Origin: Burkholderiales bacterium
Lineage (GTDB): Bacteria > Pseudomonadota > Gammaproteobacteria > Burkholderiales > Burkholderiaceae_C
DNA length: 44,546 nt
Reading direction: 5' to 3'
Assembly (NCBI GenBank): GCA_011391855.1
Contig: JAABPT010000113.1
Span: 1-44,546 of the forward strand
A model generated the notes under the pieces. That model was not told where the DNA came from. It made no database searches and was given only the letters and a program-made list of their open reading frames with translations. Of the stretch, positions 7,853-18,200 are shown in pieces. How positions within the stretch are numbered: the stretch's first letter is position 1; every line of letters begins with the position of its first letter. A program made the position numbers and the translations under genes.

Positions 7853-9028
7853 ATGGACGAATTGCGGCAGCAACAGGCAACGGCTCCGAGTGTGGCCGAC
7901 GAGGTCAGCACCAAGACCAGCCGCAGGCGTTTCTTCGGCAAGGCCGCCACGGCCGTCGTGGCCGCGCCGATCGCAGGCTTCCCGATGATCGCGGTGGCGC
8001 AGTCGCCGGTGGTCCTCAAGATACAGGGCGGCTGGGGCCCGAACGAAATCTTCACCGAGATGGCGCAGCAGTACGTCACGCGCGTCAACGAGATGGCCGG
8101 CGGCCGCATGCGCCTGGAATACCTGCCCACCGGCGCGGTGGTCAAGACCTTCGAGATCATGGATGCGGTCAGCAAGGGCGTGCTCGACGGCGGACACCAC
8201 GTCTCTGGCTACTGGTACGGCAAGACCAAGGTCGCCTCGCTGTTCGGCACCGGCCCGGTGAGCGGCGCCACGCCCGAGATCGGCCTATCGTGGATCCATG
8301 CCGGCGGTGGCCAGCAGCTGTGGGACAAGCTGGTGGCGAAGATGAACCTCAACGTCGTCGGCTTCTTCGCCTTCCCGATGCCTTCGCAGCCGCTGGGCTG
8401 GTTCAAGAACCCGCCGCCCAAGACCGCGGCGGCGCTGAAGGGCTTCAAGTACCGCACCATCGGCCTCGCCGCCGACCTGCTGCAGGAGATGGGCATGGCT
8501 GTGGCGCAGCTGCCCGGCGGCGAGATCGTGCCGGCGATGCAGCGTGGCGTCATCGACGCCTTCGAGTTCAACAACCCGACCGCCGACCTGCGCTTCGGCG
8601 CCCAGGACGTCGCGAAGTACTACTCGATGGGCTCCTACCACCAGGCGCAGGAATTCTTCGAGATCATCTTCAACAAGGACAAGTTCAATGCGCTGGCGCC
8701 CGAGCTGAAGGCGATCTTGAAGTACGGCGCCGAGGCGGCCAACACCGCCAACATTGCGCTGGCGCACGACCAGTACTCGAAGGATCTGCAGGAGCTGATC
8801 GTCAAGCACAAGGTGCAGGTCTCGCGCACCTCGAAGGACGTCTACCAGGGCCAGCTCAAGGCCTGGGACGTGGTGACGGCGAAGCTCGAGAAGGAAGTCG
8901 ACATGTTCAAGGAGGTCAACGACTCCTTCAAGGCTTGGTCGCGCCGCGTCGGCTTCTACCACTTCACGAACGAGGCCGACTACAAGATGGCCTTCGAGCA
9001 CGTGCAGAAGATCAAGCTGCCGACCTGA
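7853..9028 (+). CDS. dctP: TRAP transporter substrate-binding protein (DctP, TakP-like), Tat-exported
   Basis: SRRRFF twin-arginine signal; LGWFK, KYRTIG, LPGGEIVPAMQRGVIDAFEF; CAGGAG RBS. Confidence 0.9.
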   Translation: MDELRQQQATAPSVADEVSTKTSRRRFFGKAATAVVAAPIAGFPMIAVAQSPVVLKIQGGWGPNEIFTEMAQQYVTRVNEMAGGRMRLEYLPTGAVVKTFEIMDAVSKGVLDGGHHVSGYWYGKTKVASLFGTGPVSGATPEIGLSWIHAGGGQQLWDKLVAKMNLNVVGFFAFPMPSQPLGWFKNPPPKTAAALKGFKYRTIGLAADLLQEMGMAVAQLPGGEIVPAMQRGVIDAFEFNNPTADLRFGAQDVAKYYSMGSYHQAQEFFEIIFNKDKFNALAPELKAILKYGAEAANTANIALAHDQYSKDLQELIVKHKVQVSRTSKDVYQGQLKAWDVVTAKLEKEVDMFKEVNDSFKAWSRRVGFYHFTNEADYKMAFEHVQKIKLPT

Positions 9029-9046
9029 TTCCCATGTGACCGCACG

Positions 9047-9080
9047 AAGCTGCCGAGGACGGACCTCGGCAGCTTTTTTT
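9047..9080 (+). terminator. Intrinsic terminator / mRNA-stabilising hairpin between dctP and dctQ
   Basis: AAGCTGCCGAGG-acgga-CCTCGGCAGCTT followed by a T-run. Confidence 0.8.
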
Positions 9081-9110
9081 CGTTCTTCCCCTTCTGCGCA
9101 GGCTGCACGC

Positions 9111-9686
9111 ATGGAAAACTGGATCCGGCTCATCGACGCATTCAGCAAGGCCGTCGGCCATGCCTTCTCGTGGTGCGTGCTGGTGCTGACCGCCAGCACC
9201 TGCTACGAGGTCTTCATGCGCTACGTGCTGAACAGCCCTACGGTGTGGGCCTTCGACATGAGCTACATGCTGTACGGCGCGCTGTTCATCATGTCCGGGG
9301 CTTACGCACTGTCGCGCGGCTCGCACGTGCGTGGTGACTTCATCTACCGCGGCTGGCAGCCACGCACGCAGGCCAAGGTCGACCTCGTGCTGTACTTCCT
9401 ATTCTTCTTCCCCGCCATTTTCGCGATGGTGTTCACCGGCGCGCGCTATTCCTTCGAGTCGGCCCGCATTCTCGAGTCCAGCGCCAACAGCCCGGCCGGC
9501 GTGCCGGTGTGGCCGCTCAAGCTCATCATCTTCGTAGCCGGGCTGACGCTGCTGATCGCCGGCATCGCCGAAGTCATGCGCTGCATCGTCTGCCTGCGCA
9601 AGGGGCGCTGGCCGCCGCGCTCGGGTGATGTCGAGGAACTCGAGGTCGTGCTCATCCAGCAGTACGAGAAGGAGGCGGCCAAGTGA
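9111..9686 (+). CDS. dctQ: TRAP transporter small permease
   Basis: YEVFMRYVLNSPTVWAFD, SHVRGD; four TM segments. Confidence 0.9.
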   Translation: MENWIRLIDAFSKAVGHAFSWCVLVLTASTCYEVFMRYVLNSPTVWAFDMSYMLYGALFIMSGAYALSRGSHVRGDFIYRGWQPRTQAKVDLVLYFLFFFPAIFAMVFTGARYSFESARILESSANSPAGVPVWPLKLIIFVAGLTLLIAGIAEVMRCIVCLRKGRWPPRSGDVEELEVVLIQQYEKEAAK

Positions 9687-11086
9687 GCGATCCCGTCATC
9701 GCCCTGGTCATGCTGGGCCTGTTCATCGTCGTCATCTTCCTCGGCTTCCCGATCGCCTTCACGCTGATGGCGATGGGCATCGGCTTCGGCTACTACGCCT
9801 ACTACGCTGGCGGCGAGGCCTTCTGGGACAACCGCATCTTCTACCTCTTCACGCAGAACACCTTCAGCGTGATGAACAACGACGTGCTGATCTCGATCCC
9901 GCTGTTCCTGTTCATGGGTTACATCATCGAACGGGCCAATATCCTTGACCGCCTATTCCATAGCCTGCAGGTCGGGCTGCGCTTCCTGCCGGGGTCGATG
10001 GCGGTGGCGGCGCTGGTGACCTGCACGCTGTTCGCCACCGCCACCGGCATCGTCGGCGCGGTGGTCACGCTGATGGGCCTGATCGCGCTGCCGGCGATGC
10101 TGAAGGCCGGCTACGACCAGAAGCTCTCGAGTGGCGTCATCGCCGCCGGCGGCACGCTGGGCATCCTGATCCCGCCGTCGATCCTGCTCATCGTCTATGC
10201 CGCGACGGCCAGCGTCTCAGTGGTCAAGATGTACGCCGCGGCGCTGATCCCCGGGCTGCTGCTGGCCGGGCTCTACCTCGTCTATGTCATCGCCCGTGCG
10301 GTCATCAACCCGTCGCTGTGCCCCAAGCCGAGGGACGTGCAGCACTACACCGTTGCGCAAAGCCTGCTGCTGGTGGCCAAGGCCTTCGTGCCGCTGGCGG
10401 CGCTGATCCTGGCCGTGCTGGGCTCGATCCTGTTCGGGCTGGCGACCCCCAGCGAGGCGGCGGCGATGGGAGCGCTGGGCGGCATCATCCTGGCCGTGGT
10501 CTATCGCGCGTTCAGCTGGGATCGGCTGCGCGAGTCGGTCTACCTGACGGCGCGCACCTCGGCCATGGTGTGTTTCCTGTTCGTCGGCTCGGCGACCTTC
10601 GCCTCGGTGTTCTCGTACCTCGGCGGCGAGCACCTGGTCAAAGAAACGATGCTGGGCATGGACCTGACGCCGGTGCAGTTCCTGATCGTGGCGCAGCTCA
10701 TCATCTTCCTGCTCGGCTGGCCGCTGGAGTGGAGCGAGATCATCATCATCTTCGTGCCGATCTTCCTGCCGCTGCTGCCGCACTTCGGCGTCGACCCGGT
10801 GCTGTTCGGCATCCTGATCGCGATCAACCTGCAGACCTCGTTCCTGACGCCACCGATGGCGATGTCGGCCTACTACCTGAAGGGGGTGGCGCCCAAGGGG
10901 CTGGAGTTGTGGTCGATCTTCCGCGGCTGCTTCCCCTTCGTCGGCCTCGTGATCCTGACGCTGGCGCTGAGCTACATCTACCCGTCTATCGTGACCTACC
11001 TGCCCGACGTGCTGTTCAACCAGGCCACAGAGGTACCGCGCGACGTCAACGACCCGTCGATCGTCAACCCCGACATCTTCAAGTAG
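9683..11086 (+). CDS. dctM: TRAP transporter large permease
   Basis: GFPIAF, SIPLFLFMG, GTLGILIPPS, TSFLTPP; GTG start overlaps the dctQ stop. Confidence 0.93.
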   Translation: MSDPVIALVMLGLFIVVIFLGFPIAFTLMAMGIGFGYYAYYAGGEAFWDNRIFYLFTQNTFSVMNNDVLISIPLFLFMGYIIERANILDRLFHSLQVGLRFLPGSMAVAALVTCTLFATATGIVGAVVTLMGLIALPAMLKAGYDQKLSSGVIAAGGTLGILIPPSILLIVYAATASVSVVKMYAAALIPGLLLAGLYLVYVIARAVINPSLCPKPRDVQHYTVAQSLLLVAKAFVPLAALILAVLGSILFGLATPSEAAAMGALGGIILAVVYRAFSWDRLRESVYLTARTSAMVCFLFVGSATFASVFSYLGGEHLVKETMLGMDLTPVQFLIVAQLIIFLLGWPLEWSEIIIIFVPIFLPLLPHFGVDPVLFGILIAINLQTSFLTPPMAMSAYYLKGVAPKGLELWSIFRGCFPFVGLVILTLALSYIYPSIVTYLPDVLFNQATEVPRDVNDPSIVNPDIFK

Positions 11087-11092
11087 CCCTCC

Positions 11093-12439
11093 ATGTCTTC
11101 CGGCCAACCGGTGCGCGAGTTCACCGCAGCGCAGTACCACGAGCACCTCGCCGAGGGCCACGCCGACGTGGTCGAATTTTTCGACCGCCTGCTCGTCGAC
11201 GCGCGCGCCGCCGACACGCCGCTGCACGCCTTCGCCAGCCTCGACGAGCGCGTGATCCGGTTGCAGGCCGAGCACCTGCGCGCGCTGCGCGCGCGCGGCG
11301 ACACGCTGCCGCCGCTGTACGGCGTGCCGATCGCGGTGAAGGACATCATCGACACGATCGACTTCCCCACCGCCTGCGGCAGCCCGATCCACGAGGGTCG
11401 CTACGCGTCGGCCGACGCGACCATCGTACGCCGGCTGCGCGAGGCCGGGGCGCTGATCTTCGGCAAGTCGGTGACGACCGAGTTCGCGACCTTCGTCCCC
11501 GGCGCGACGCGCAACCCGCACGATCTCGAGCACACGCCCGGCGGTTCGTCCAGCGGCTCGGCGGTGGCGGTGGCCGCCGGCATCGTGCCGGCGGCGCTGG
11601 GCACGCAGACCAACGGTTCGGTGCTGCGCCCGGCCTCGTACTGCGGCATCTACGGCTTCAAGCCGACGCGCGGCGTGCTGCCGCGCAGCGGCATCTTCGA
11701 CCAGTCGCCTTCGCTCGATCAGCCGGGCGTATTCGCGCGCTCGATCGACGACCTGGCGCTGATCACCGAGCTGATGTCGGGCGACGACGGCCTCGACGCC
11801 GTGGCGCGCGGCATCGCGCCGCGCCGGCTGCTGCAGGTGTCGCGTTCGGAACCGCCGGTGACGCCGCGTTTCTGCTTCGTGCGCACGCCCTGGTGGGATC
11901 AGATGGACGAGGAGGCGCGCCAGGCCTGCGACGCCTTCGTCGAGCTGATGGCCGGTGCCGTCGACGTCGCCGAGTTGCCCGACATCGTGCGCCAGGTGGT
12001 GGGCTGGCATGCCTCGCTCAACGACGCCGAGCTGGCCTTCGCGCTGCAGCGCGAATACCGCCACCACCGCGAGCTGCTGAGTGCGCCCCTGCGCGAACGC
12101 GTCGAGCAGGGCCAGCGCGTGTCGGTGATCGACTACCTGACGGCGCGCGACCGCGTGGCGCATGTCGCCGTCGCCTTCGACGAGTATTTCGACCGCTACG
12201 ACGCCATCCTGACGCCGGCGGCGCTGGGCGCGGCGCCGCGCGGCTTCGCCACCACCGGCAACCCGATCATGCAGACGGTGTGGTCCTTCGGCGGCCTGCC
12301 CAGTGTCTCGCTGCCACTGCTGCAACTGTCGGGCGGGATGCCGCTGGGGGTGCAGGCGGTGGGTCGGCTGCACCACGACGGCCGGCTGCTGCGTTCGGCA
12401 CGCTGGCTGGTCGACGAATTCCTGAAACGGAGCCGCTGA
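11093..12439 (+). CDS. Amidase-signature family enzyme
   Basis: IAVKD (Lys), PGGSSSGSA, GTQTNGSVLRPASYCG: Ser-cisSer-Lys triad present. Confidence 0.92.
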   Translation: MSSGQPVREFTAAQYHEHLAEGHADVVEFFDRLLVDARAADTPLHAFASLDERVIRLQAEHLRALRARGDTLPPLYGVPIAVKDIIDTIDFPTACGSPIHEGRYASADATIVRRLREAGALIFGKSVTTEFATFVPGATRNPHDLEHTPGGSSSGSAVAVAAGIVPAALGTQTNGSVLRPASYCGIYGFKPTRGVLPRSGIFDQSPSLDQPGVFARSIDDLALITELMSGDDGLDAVARGIAPRRLLQVSRSEPPVTPRFCFVRTPWWDQMDEEARQACDAFVELMAGAVDVAELPDIVRQVVGWHASLNDAELAFALQREYRHHRELLSAPLRERVEQGQRVSVIDYLTARDRVAHVAVAFDEYFDRYDAILTPAALGAAPRGFATTGNPIMQTVWSFGGLPSVSLPLLQLSGGMPLGVQAVGRLHHDGRLLRSARWLVDEFLKRSR

Positions 12440-12594
12440 TGAAGACCTTCGAGAAATTCGCCGCCCTCGTCGGGTTGCTGCTGCTGGTGGCCTTCTTCGC
12501 GCCCTACGTGCACAAGCTGCCGCAGCTCGACATCTCGCTCATCCTGCTGGGCGGCATCGGGTTGGCGATCTACGACTTCTGGACCACGCACTGA
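12439..12594 (+). CDS. Small two-helix membrane protein (51 aa)
   Basis: MKTFEKFAALVGLLLLVAFFAPYVHKLPQLDISLILLGGIGLAIYDFWTTH; TGATG overlap with the amidase stop; GGAG upstream. Confidence 0.7.
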   Translation: MKTFEKFAALVGLLLLVAFFAPYVHKLPQLDISLILLGGIGLAIYDFWTTH

Positions 12595-12613
12595 CCACGA
12601 TGCGGCGCGCGCC

Positions 12614-13186
12614 TCAGCGCCGCCGGCCCTCGACCTGAACGAACAGTCGCACGCGGTCGCCCACCCAGGGTAGTCCGAAAGTGGCGCCGAAGTCGCTGCG
12701 CAGCAGCTCGCCCTCGAAGTCGCCGCCGCAGACTTCGGTGCCGTCGTCGATGCGGCAGGAGAAGCGGCGCGCGGACAGGCTCAGCGGCTGGCTCACGCCG
12801 CGCAGCGTGAATTCGCCGCGCACTTCGACCACGCGGTCGCCTTCGAAGCGAAACTGGTTGGCCACGAAATAGGCGTCGGGGAACTCCGCGCTGGCCAGCA
12901 GGTCGGCCTCGCGCAGCCGGGCGTTGAACACCGGCACTCCGGTGTCGACACCGGCAGTAGGGATGCGCAGGCTGACCTCGCCCCGGCCGGCGCCGCGGTC
13001 GAGCGTGACCGCGCCCGCAATGGGACCGAAGCGCCCGCTCGACGTGGAGGTGCCAAAGTGCAGCACCTCGAAGTGCACGAAGCTGTGTGCGGGGTCGAGC
13101 AGGTAGGCGACCGGCTGCGCGCCGGCAGCCATGGCCGCCATGGACAGCAGCAGAGCGGGAACTTTCATCCCGAGATGCTGCCGCAT
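12614..13186 (-). CDS. yceI: YceI-family lipid/polyisoprenoid-binding protein (third copy)
   Basis: YLLDPAHSFVHFEVLHFGTS, GEFTLRG, RSDFG. Start at 13186 or 13168. Confidence 0.88.
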   Translation of the reverse strand: MRQHLGMKVPALLLSMAAMAAGAQPVAYLLDPAHSFVHFEVLHFGTSTSSGRFGPIAGAVTLDRGAGRGEVSLRIPTAGVDTGVPVFNARLREADLLASAEFPDAYFVANQFRFEGDRVVEVRGEFTLRGVSQPLSLSARRFSCRIDDGTEVCGGDFEGELLRSDFGATFGLPWVGDRVRLFVQVEGRRR

Positions 13187-13194
13187 CGGCCGGC

Positions 13195-13764
13195 TTATTG
13201 CTTGACGGCTTCCACTTGCACCAGCAAGCGCACGTCGTCGGGTGCCACCGCCGGCAGGCCGTAGTTCACGCCCCACTGGCTGCGACGGATGACGGTTTCG
13301 AAGTCGCCGCCGCAGACCTCGCGTTTGAACATCGGGTTCAGGTAGCAGTTGAAGCGGTTGGCCTTCAGCGTCACCGGGTGCGTCTTGCCCATCATCGTGA
13401 GCGTGCCCGCCACCGCCGTCACCTGGTCGCCGGCGAAGCTGAACTTGTCGCCCACGAACTTGGCGGTGGGGTGCTCGCTCACGTTGAGGATGTCCTTGCT
13501 GCGCAGGTGGCCGTCGAAGGGCGCCACGCCGGAATTGACCGACGCCATGTCGATGGTGATCTCGACGCGGCCGCTCCTGGCCGCACGGTCGAACTGCACC
13601 ATGCCTTCCTTCTTGTCGAAGCGCGCCCGGTTGGTGGAGGTGCCGAAATGCGTGACTTCGAAGGTGACGAAGGTGTGGGTGGGGTCGATGGCGTAGTTGC
13701 CGCCGTCGGCTTGGGCACCGGTGAACACGGCCGCACAAGCCGCGGCTGCGATGATCTTGTTCAT
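13195..13764 (-). CDS. yceI: YceI-family protein (second copy)
   Basis: Signal peptide; YAIDPTHTFVTFEVTHFGTS; RSQWGV; AGGAG RBS. Confidence 0.92.
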   Translation of the reverse strand: MNKIIAAAACAAVFTGAQADGGNYAIDPTHTFVTFEVTHFGTSTNRARFDKKEGMVQFDRAARSGRVEITIDMASVNSGVAPFDGHLRSKDILNVSEHPTAKFVGDKFSFAGDQVTAVAGTLTMMGKTHPVTLKANRFNCYLNPMFKREVCGGDFETVIRRSQWGVNYGLPAVAPDDVRLLVQVEAVKQ

Positions 13765-13808
13765 TGGAAAGACTCCTGGGAAGGGTTGAGGAAAGGGAAA
13801 GAAAAAAG

Positions 13809-14396
13809 TTAAAGCGGCGGCAGGCCCGCCAGCGTGAGCTTGAAGCGCACGGCCACGTCGTTGGCCAGCAGCGAGGTGTCGGCCCATTCGGCTTCGCCAA
13901 TCTTGAAGTCCAGCCGCTTGATGCTGAAGCTGCCGCTCGCCACCTGGTTTGCGCCGGCCGGCGCCAGTTGAACGGGGACGACGAGATCGCGGGCAGCGCC
14001 CTTGATCGTCAGCTTGCCCGTCACTTCGAACCGGCCCGGGCCGGTGGCCCGGATGCGGCTGGACTGGAACGTGGCCTGCGGAAAGCCCGCCGCATGCAGC
14101 CAGGTCGGCTTGGGCACCTCGGCGTCGAGTTCGGCGCTGCCGAAGCGGGCGCTGGCGGTGTCGATGGTCAGGTTCACGCTGCCGGCCTCGGGCTTCTTCG
14201 GGTCGAGCGCCACCTGGGCGCTGAACCTGCCGAACTTGCCCTCGACCGGCACACCCATCTGGCGCGTGGTGAAGGCGATCTCGCTGCCCGCGGCCTGCAG
14301 CTGTGCCTGCTGGGGCTGGGCGAAGGCGACCTGCGCGCCAGCACCCGCGAGGGCCAGGAAAAGGGTGGTGAGGGCAAATAGGGTGCGCGAGGACAT
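13809..14396 (-). CDS. yceI: YceI-family protein (first copy)
   Basis: SEIAFTTRQMGVPVEGKF, GKLTIKG, KRLDFKIG. Confidence 0.9.
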   Translation of the reverse strand: MSSRTLFALTTLFLALAGAGAQVAFAQPQQAQLQAAGSEIAFTTRQMGVPVEGKFGRFSAQVALDPKKPEAGSVNLTIDTASARFGSAELDAEVPKPTWLHAAGFPQATFQSSRIRATGPGRFEVTGKLTIKGAARDLVVPVQLAPAGANQVASGSFSIKRLDFKIGEAEWADTSLLANDVAVRFKLTLAGLPPL

Positions 14397-14399
14397 GGT

Positions 14400-14999
14400 T
14401 TATGACCGGATCGATTGAACAGGGGCCCCGCCGCGACGGCGCGCCGGCATCATGCGCAGCAGCAGGCCGTCGCGGTCGGAGAAATGGTGTTTCAGCGCAG
14501 CGGCGATGTGCAGCGCGATCACCGCCGCCAGCGCATACGCCAGCCCCTGGTGCAGCGCCTTGAGCGACTCCGCCAGCGCACGATCGGGGGCGACGAAGTC
14601 GGGCAGCGGCAGCACGCCGAACAGCACCACCGGAAAGCCCGCCGCCGAGCTGTAGGCCCAGCCGACCAGGGGGACGGCGAAGAACAGCAGATACAAAGCG
14701 GCATGCGCCGCGTGGGCGGCGCGTTGCTGCCAGGCAGACATCGGCAGGTCGGCCGGCGGCCGGTGCGTCAGGCGCCACAACAGACGCAGGGCCGACAGCA
14801 CGAGGATGGTCACGCCGGCCCACTTGTGCCAGTTGTAGAGCTTGAGCCGCTCCGGCGAGAAGGGCAGGCCGGTCATGTACAGGCCCATGCCCAGCGAACC
14901 CAGGATCATCAACGCCAGCAACCAGTGCAGGGCCATCGAGACCGGGTGGTAGCGCGCGGTGACCGCAGAGCGCGACGCGGAGACGGATTGAAAACTCAC
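14400..14999 (-). CDS. Cytochrome b561 (YceJ/CybB-like)
   Basis: RYH...ALHWL, HKWAG, HIAAALKHH heme-ligand histidines; standard partner of YceI genes. Confidence 0.92.
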   Translation of the reverse strand: MSFQSVSASRSAVTARYHPVSMALHWLLALMILGSLGMGLYMTGLPFSPERLKLYNWHKWAGVTILVLSALRLLWRLTHRPPADLPMSAWQQRAAHAAHAALYLLFFAVPLVGWAYSSAAGFPVVLFGVLPLPDFVAPDRALAESLKALHQGLAYALAAVIALHIAAALKHHFSDRDGLLLRMMPARRRGGAPVQSIRS

Positions 15000-15108
15000 C
15001 CAACGAATTCTCCGGGTCGCCCCCCAGACCGTCGTTCAAGCCGTTTGACGGGTCTGGTCAGCCCTGGCGAACGACGCGATGGGCTTGCACCTGGGCGGCC
15101 AGCGTGCG

Positions 15109-15235
15109 GCCACGTCACGCCGTCATCGGCGACCGCCAACAGATCAGCATGCGCCGCCAGCCGGGCCAGATGGGCGCATGCGACCGAGCCGACCTCGATG
15201 CCGTCGATGCCATCAATGCGGAAGGCACCCGCACG
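15109..15235 (-). pseudogene. Possible remnant of the N-terminus of a DUF4743/NUDIX-like protein
   Basis: Minus strand reads RVP, then after a frameshift FRIDGIDGIEVGSVACAHLARLAAHADLLAVADDGVTW. No start codon. Family recalled from memory only. Confidence 0.3.
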
Positions 15236-15253
15236 GGCCCAGCGCTCGCGCGT

Positions 15254-18200
15254 TCAGGCGGCCCGCTTCGCCGGCACTGCGCCGCCACGCCAGCGCTGCA
15301 TCAGCGCCGCCCATTTCGGCCGCACCGCCGCCAAGTGCCGCGCCTTCACGTGGCCGTAGCCGCGGATCTCTTCCGGCAGGCGCGCGATTTCGGCCGCCAG
15401 TTCCAGGTTGCCGGTATCCAGCTTCAGCAGCAGTTCATCGACCGTGGTGCGGTATTCGTCGATCAGCGCGCGCTCCATGCGGCGCTCCTCGCTGCGGCCG
15501 AAAGGGTCCAGCGCCGTACCGCGCCAGCTTTTCATCTTGGCCAGCACGCCGAAGGCGGTGCGCATCCAGGGACCGAAGGGCTGCTTGACGAGTTCGCCGC
15601 GCTCGTTCTTCTTCGCCATGCCCGGCGGCGCGAGGTGGTGCACGAGCTTGTAGTCGCCTTCGAACATGGCCTCAATCTTGTCGGTGAAGCGCTGGTCGGT
15701 GTGCAGTCGCGCCACTTCGTATTCGTCCTTGTAGGCCATCAGCTTGAAGAGGTAACGCGCCACCGCCTCGCCGAGGGCCTGTTTGCCCAGCGGCGCCTCG
15801 GCGGCGCGCACCTTGTCGACGAAGGTCTTGTAGCGGGCGGCATAGGCCGCGTCCTGGTAGCCGGTGAGGAAGTCCACGCGCGTGGCCACCATCTCGTCCA
15901 GCGACGGCTTCTTCACGAACGAGATGACCTGCCGCGCCTGGAACAGCGCCCGCACGGCGGGCAGGTCGTTCGCGCAGCGGCGGCCCCATTCGAAGGCGGC
16001 CTTGTTGTTGTCGACCTGCACGCCATTGAGTTCGATGGCGCGCATCAGCGCGGCATGGGTGAGCGGGATTCGGCCTTGTTGCCAGGCGTAGCCCAGCATC
16101 AGCGGGTTGGTGTAGATGCTGTCGCCCAGCATCGCCTCGGCCACCTGCTCGGCATCGAAGGCACCGACCAGGGCTTCGCCGACGCTGGCGCGGATCACGG
16201 CCTCGCAGTCGCCGCCCGGAAACTGCCAGTCGGCGTTCTTCACGAAGCCGGCGGTGGGCGTGCCATGGGTATTCAGCGCCACGAAGGTGCGGCCGGGCTG
16301 CATCACGGTGAGCGTGTACTTGCTGGCACCCACGATGCTGTCGCAGGCGATCACCAGGTCGGCCTGCGCGGTGTCGACCTTGGTGGTGTGGATGGCGTCG
16401 GGGCGGTTGGCGATCTGGATGTGGCTCCAGGTGGCGCCGCCCTTCTGCGCCAGGCCGCCGGCGTCCTGCGTCACCACGCCCTTGCCTTCCAGGTGCGCCG
16501 CCATGCCGAGCAACTGGCCGATGGTGATGACCCCGGTGCCGCCGACGCCGCCGACCACGATGCCCCAGGCGCGATCTTGTGAAGGATGCGCCAGCGGCAG
16601 CGCGGGTTCGGGCAGCGGCGGCAGGCCTTCGAGCGAGCCCTTCTTCTCCTTCTTCGGCTTCTTCAGCTGACCGCCTTCGACGGTGACGAAGCTGGGGCAG
16701 AAGCCCTTGACGCAGGAATAGTCCTTGTTGCAGGTGTTCTGGTTGATGCGCCGCTTGCGGCCGAACTCGGTCTCCACCGGCTCCACGCTCAGGCAGTTGC
16801 TCTGCACGCTGCAGTCGCCGCAGCCCTCGCACACCAGCTCGTTGATGACCACGCGCTTGGCTGGGTCGACCATCTTGCCGCGCTTGCGGCGGCGGCGTTT
16901 TTCGGTGGCGCAGGTCTGGTCGTAGATGATGGCGCTGGTGCCGCTGACTTCGCGCAACTGGCGCTGCAGGGCGTCGAGTTCGTCGCGGTGGTGCACCGTC
17001 ACCCCTTCGCCCAGCACCACGCCTTCGTATTTGGCCGGCTCGTCGGTGACGATCACCAGCTTGCTCACGCCTTCGGCGAGCAGGCTCTTCATGATCTGCG
17101 TCACCGAGTGGCCCTCGGGCCGTTCGCCCACCTGCTGGCCGCCGGTCATGGCCACGGCGTCGTTGTAGAGCACCTTGTAGGTGATGTTCACGCCGGCGGC
17201 GATGCTCTGGCGGATGGCCAGCAGCCCGCTGTGGAAATAGGTGCCGTCGCCCAGGTTGGCGAAGATGTGCTTTTCGTTGGTGAATGGCGCCTGGCCGACC
17301 CAGGGCACGCCTTCGCCGCCCATCTGCGTGAAGGTGCTGGTGCTGCGGTCCATCCACACCGCCATGTAGTGGCAGCCGATGCCGGCCATGGCGCGTGAAC
17401 CTTCCGGCACGCGCGTGCTGGTGTTGTGCGGGCAGCCGCTGCAGAACCAGGGCGCGCGCTCGCCGGTGTTGGTCTTCAGTTCGGCAAGTTGCCGTTCGCG
17501 CGCTTCGATGACGGCGATGCGCTCGTCCATGCGTGCGGCGATATCGCGGTCCACGCCCAGTTTCTTCAGCCGCTTGGCAATGGCCTTGGCGATGATGGCC
17601 GGCGTGAGGTCGGCCTTGGCGCGCAGCAGCCAGTTCTCGCTCGGATTGGGCATGCTCCATTCGCCGCCGCTGGCGTTGCCGGCCTCGTCGTCGAACTTGC
17701 CCAGCACATGCGGGCGCACGTCGGGGCGCCAGTTGTAGAGCTCTTCCTTGAGCTGGTATTCGATGACCTGGCGCTTTTCCTCCACCACCAGGATCTCCTG
17801 CAACCCTGAAGCGAAGTCGCGCGTGATGGTGGCTTCCAGCGGCCACACCACATTGACCTTGTGCAGTCGCACGCCGAGCCGGCGGCAGGTGTCGTCGTCC
17901 AGGCCCAGGTCGTTGAGCGCTTGGCGCGTGTCGTTGTAGGCCTTGCCGCTGGCGATGATGCCGTAGCGGTCGTTCGCCGTCGCGATCACGTTGTGGTTCA
18001 GTTTGTTGGCGCGCACATAGGCCAGCGCGGCGTACCACTTGTAGTCCATCAGCCGCGCTTCCTGCTCCAGCGGCTGGTCGGGCCAGCGGATATGCAGGCC
18101 GCCCGGCGGCATGGCGAAATCGTCGGGCACGATGATCCTCACGCGCTCGGGGTCCACCACCACCGAAGACGAGGATTCCACGACCTCCTGGATCGTCTTC

